The position numbers and the translations under genes are program-made. A stretch of 24,000 bases of DNA from Heliophilum fasciatum (GTDB lineage: Bacteria; Bacillota; Desulfitobacteriia; Heliobacteriales; Heliobacteriaceae), in assembly GCF_004341395.1 (NCBI RefSeq), contig NZ_SLXT01000001.1, forward strand, positions 111,748-135,747. The letters are read 5' to 3'. Within the stretch, counting starts at the first letter, position 1, and each line of letters opens with the position of its first letter. Under the pieces are notes generated by a model. It did not search any database. It was given only the letters and a program-made list of their open reading frames with translations, and was not told where the DNA came from. Below, piece after piece: positions 22,658 through 24,000 of the stretch.

Positions 22658-23685
22658 CCTCGGGCACCTCCTCGCACCGTCTCGGTCAACGCCTGGATCT
22701 TCGCGATCGACGTGGATGTACTCAAGCCGCAAGCCGGGGCAATGATATCGACCTGATCCCTGACCAGTTGTTCCGCCTGCCTTGCCACTTGATCAGCCGA
22801 ACCAAACTCCAGCAAATAGGTGCTCAAATTACCCATCGTCGTCAACGCCGGAAAATCTTCCTTGAGCCGCCTGAGACTGACCATCGCATCGGTGCTGATC
22901 GCATCCGAGCGAATCGCCGGGATCAAGTGGCGGACCGCTTTCATATCGCCGCAGATATGTACAATCACCGGTGCGCCGACGGCGTGAATGCCATCGATCA
23001 CCTGGTTCAAATAAGGCACCGCAAACTCTTCAAAACACTTGGGGCCTAAAATCTCCCCCGTTGCCGTCGGATCGCCGATGGAGATCACCGTCGCGCCGTT
23101 GTCGATCAACTCTTGGGCAAATTCCACAAGATGGCGGCTCACATAATCGAGTACGCGATGCACTTGTGCTTTGTTCTTGCGCAGTTCCTTAAAGAAGTTC
23201 ATCGGATCGATGATCGAAGCAGCCGTACTGATCGGTCCCGTCAAGTTACCGACAATGGGCACATCGGGACGGGCACGGTGCAAATGATAAGCGGCCTGGA
23301 TCACTGTGGCCGTGCGTCCCGTACCCATGCGGTACGCTCCATCGCGAAACTGAACCTGATCGGCCGAAGCAAACAATTCCCGGGCAATTTTCGGTTCACA
23401 AGCCAGCGTACCGTAATCAACATCAGCCCCCAACACTTCCGCTTCCACGGTCATGCAAAAGGGAATCCCCAGATTTTCAAACCCCGTATAGTCATGAATA
23501 TCCAGGGCGATTTGGGCCATTTTTTGCGCGTCATGATGTCCTTCGGGCAAGGTGTGACCGGTTTGATTCATCACGTCCACAATGGCTGCGTTCATCATCC
23601 CGCCAGGGCAAATCACGGGCGGGCGATCGGTCGTTTTTTTCTGTAATACCCGTTGTAATCGTTCTTGAGGACTGAGTGAACTCAT
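22645..23685 (-). CDS. URO-D family (MtaA/MtbA-like) corrinoid methyltransferase
   Basis: N-terminal TDRPPVICPGGMM. Zn-ligand pattern IVHICGD ... IIAPACGLS. Confidence 0.85.
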   Translation of the reverse strand: MSSLSPQERLQRVLQKKTTDRPPVICPGGMMNAAIVDVMNQTGHTLPEGHHDAQKMAQIALDIHDYTGFENLGIPFCMTVEAEVLGADVDYGTLACEPKIARELFASADQVQFRDGAYRMGTGRTATVIQAAYHLHRARPDVPIVGNLTGPISTAASIIDPMNFFKELRKNKAQVHRVLDYVSRHLVEFAQELIDNGATVISIGDPTATGEILGPKCFEEFAVPYLNQVIDGIHAVGAPVIVHICGDMKAVRHLIPAIRSDAISTDAMVSLRRLKEDFPALTTMGNLSTYLLEFGSADQVARQAEQLVRDQVDIIAPACGLSTSTSIAKIQALTETVRGGARGWLA

Positions 23686-23856
23686 TTAAGGCCACCGCTT
23701 TCTATTTTAGATTGGATTTGACTTGGATCACCGAGGGAGCGAACTGTCGCCATCATCGCCTCGATATTGGTCAGGGGCGTTTCCGTCGGCAAGCTGCAAC
23801 CCGATGCAACGATATAACCACGAGGACTATCGTAGTGACTTCGGAATTCAAGACAT

Positions 23857-23906
23857 CAAAAAAAGCGAAGCGATCTGCCTTACTCATGTAAAGCCGATCG
23901 CTTCGC
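23857..23906 (-). terminator. terminator of the upstream (off-window) minus-strand gene
   Basis: GCGAAGCGATC / GATCGCTTCGC is a perfect 11-bp stem, followed on the minus strand by T7. Confidence 0.85.
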
Positions 23907-23965
23907 CTTCAGTTTTTCTGATCAGCGAAATATTCTTTACTCATTGATGACTTTCAGCGTAGTAT

Positions 23966-24000
23966 TTACGCTTGCGCCAACGCTTGTTCGATGTCGGCAA
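23966..24000 (-). CDS. C-terminal 11 codons of an unidentified gene entering from beyond the window
   Basis: The frame is open from the window edge to a TAA at 23968..23966 (...ADIEQALAQA*), and a strong terminator follows. There is too little sequence to identify it. Confidence 0.3.
   Translation of the reverse strand, partial: ADIEQALAQA

Noticed and set aside
14062-23685. In-frame UAG (pyrrolysine) or UGA (selenocysteine) recoding in the methyltransferase genes.
   Set aside because: All methyltransferase, corrinoid-protein and RACE frames are uninterrupted. The methyltransferases belong to the URO-D family, not the Pyl-containing MttB/MtbB/MtmB families.
1-24000. Mobile elements, CRISPR arrays, defence systems, tRNA/rRNA genes.
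   Set aside because: I saw no transposase, integrase or recombinase motifs, no terminal inverted repeats flanking a block, no regularly spaced repeats, and no nuclease or helicase-type ORFs. The only repeat family is the two-copy paralog cassette at 3.2-4.75 kb.

Overview
The window looks like chromosomal DNA from a flagellated, spore-forming, probably anaerobic Firmicute-type bacterium. That placement is an inference from the CotF-like coat protein, the strong GGAGG ribosome-binding sites and the corrinoid methyltransferase/RACE genes. No rRNA, tRNA, CRISPR array, transposase or integrase is visible.

Gene content, left to right:
- A flagellin whose central variable region is replaced by a vWA-like domain.
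- A membrane-anchored SGNH/GDSL hydrolase, followed by a decayed ABC-ATPase fragment.
- Two paralogous genes for small His-containing membrane proteins, flanking a GNAT acetyltransferase.
- A CotF-like coat protein.
- A minus-strand signalling operon: repeat-domain::CheX phosphatase, CheY, and a CBS-PAS-HPt-P3-P4 CheA-like kinase without P2 or P5.
- A crcB/crcB fluoride channel pair.
- A CE4 polysaccharide deacetylase.
- A CobW(COG0523)-CDF metal pair.
- A corrinoid methyltransferase system split into two loci. One has a URO-D-type methyltransferase plus a corrinoid protein. The other has a URO-D-type methyltransferase, a RACE activator and DUF1847.
- Between those loci, a GMC flavoprotein trio and an acyltransferase-3.

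Best candidates for new biology:
- The vWA-flagellin.
- The non-canonical CheX/CheY/CheA-like module.
- A compact divergent control region at 13.57-13.92 kb. An 8-2-8 palindrome sits between two back-to-back promoters, and each promoter drives a short leader ending in an intrinsic terminator. The two leaders share a 23-nt motif with a compensatory base-pair change.

All calls come from reading the sequence and the ORF track. No database search was run.
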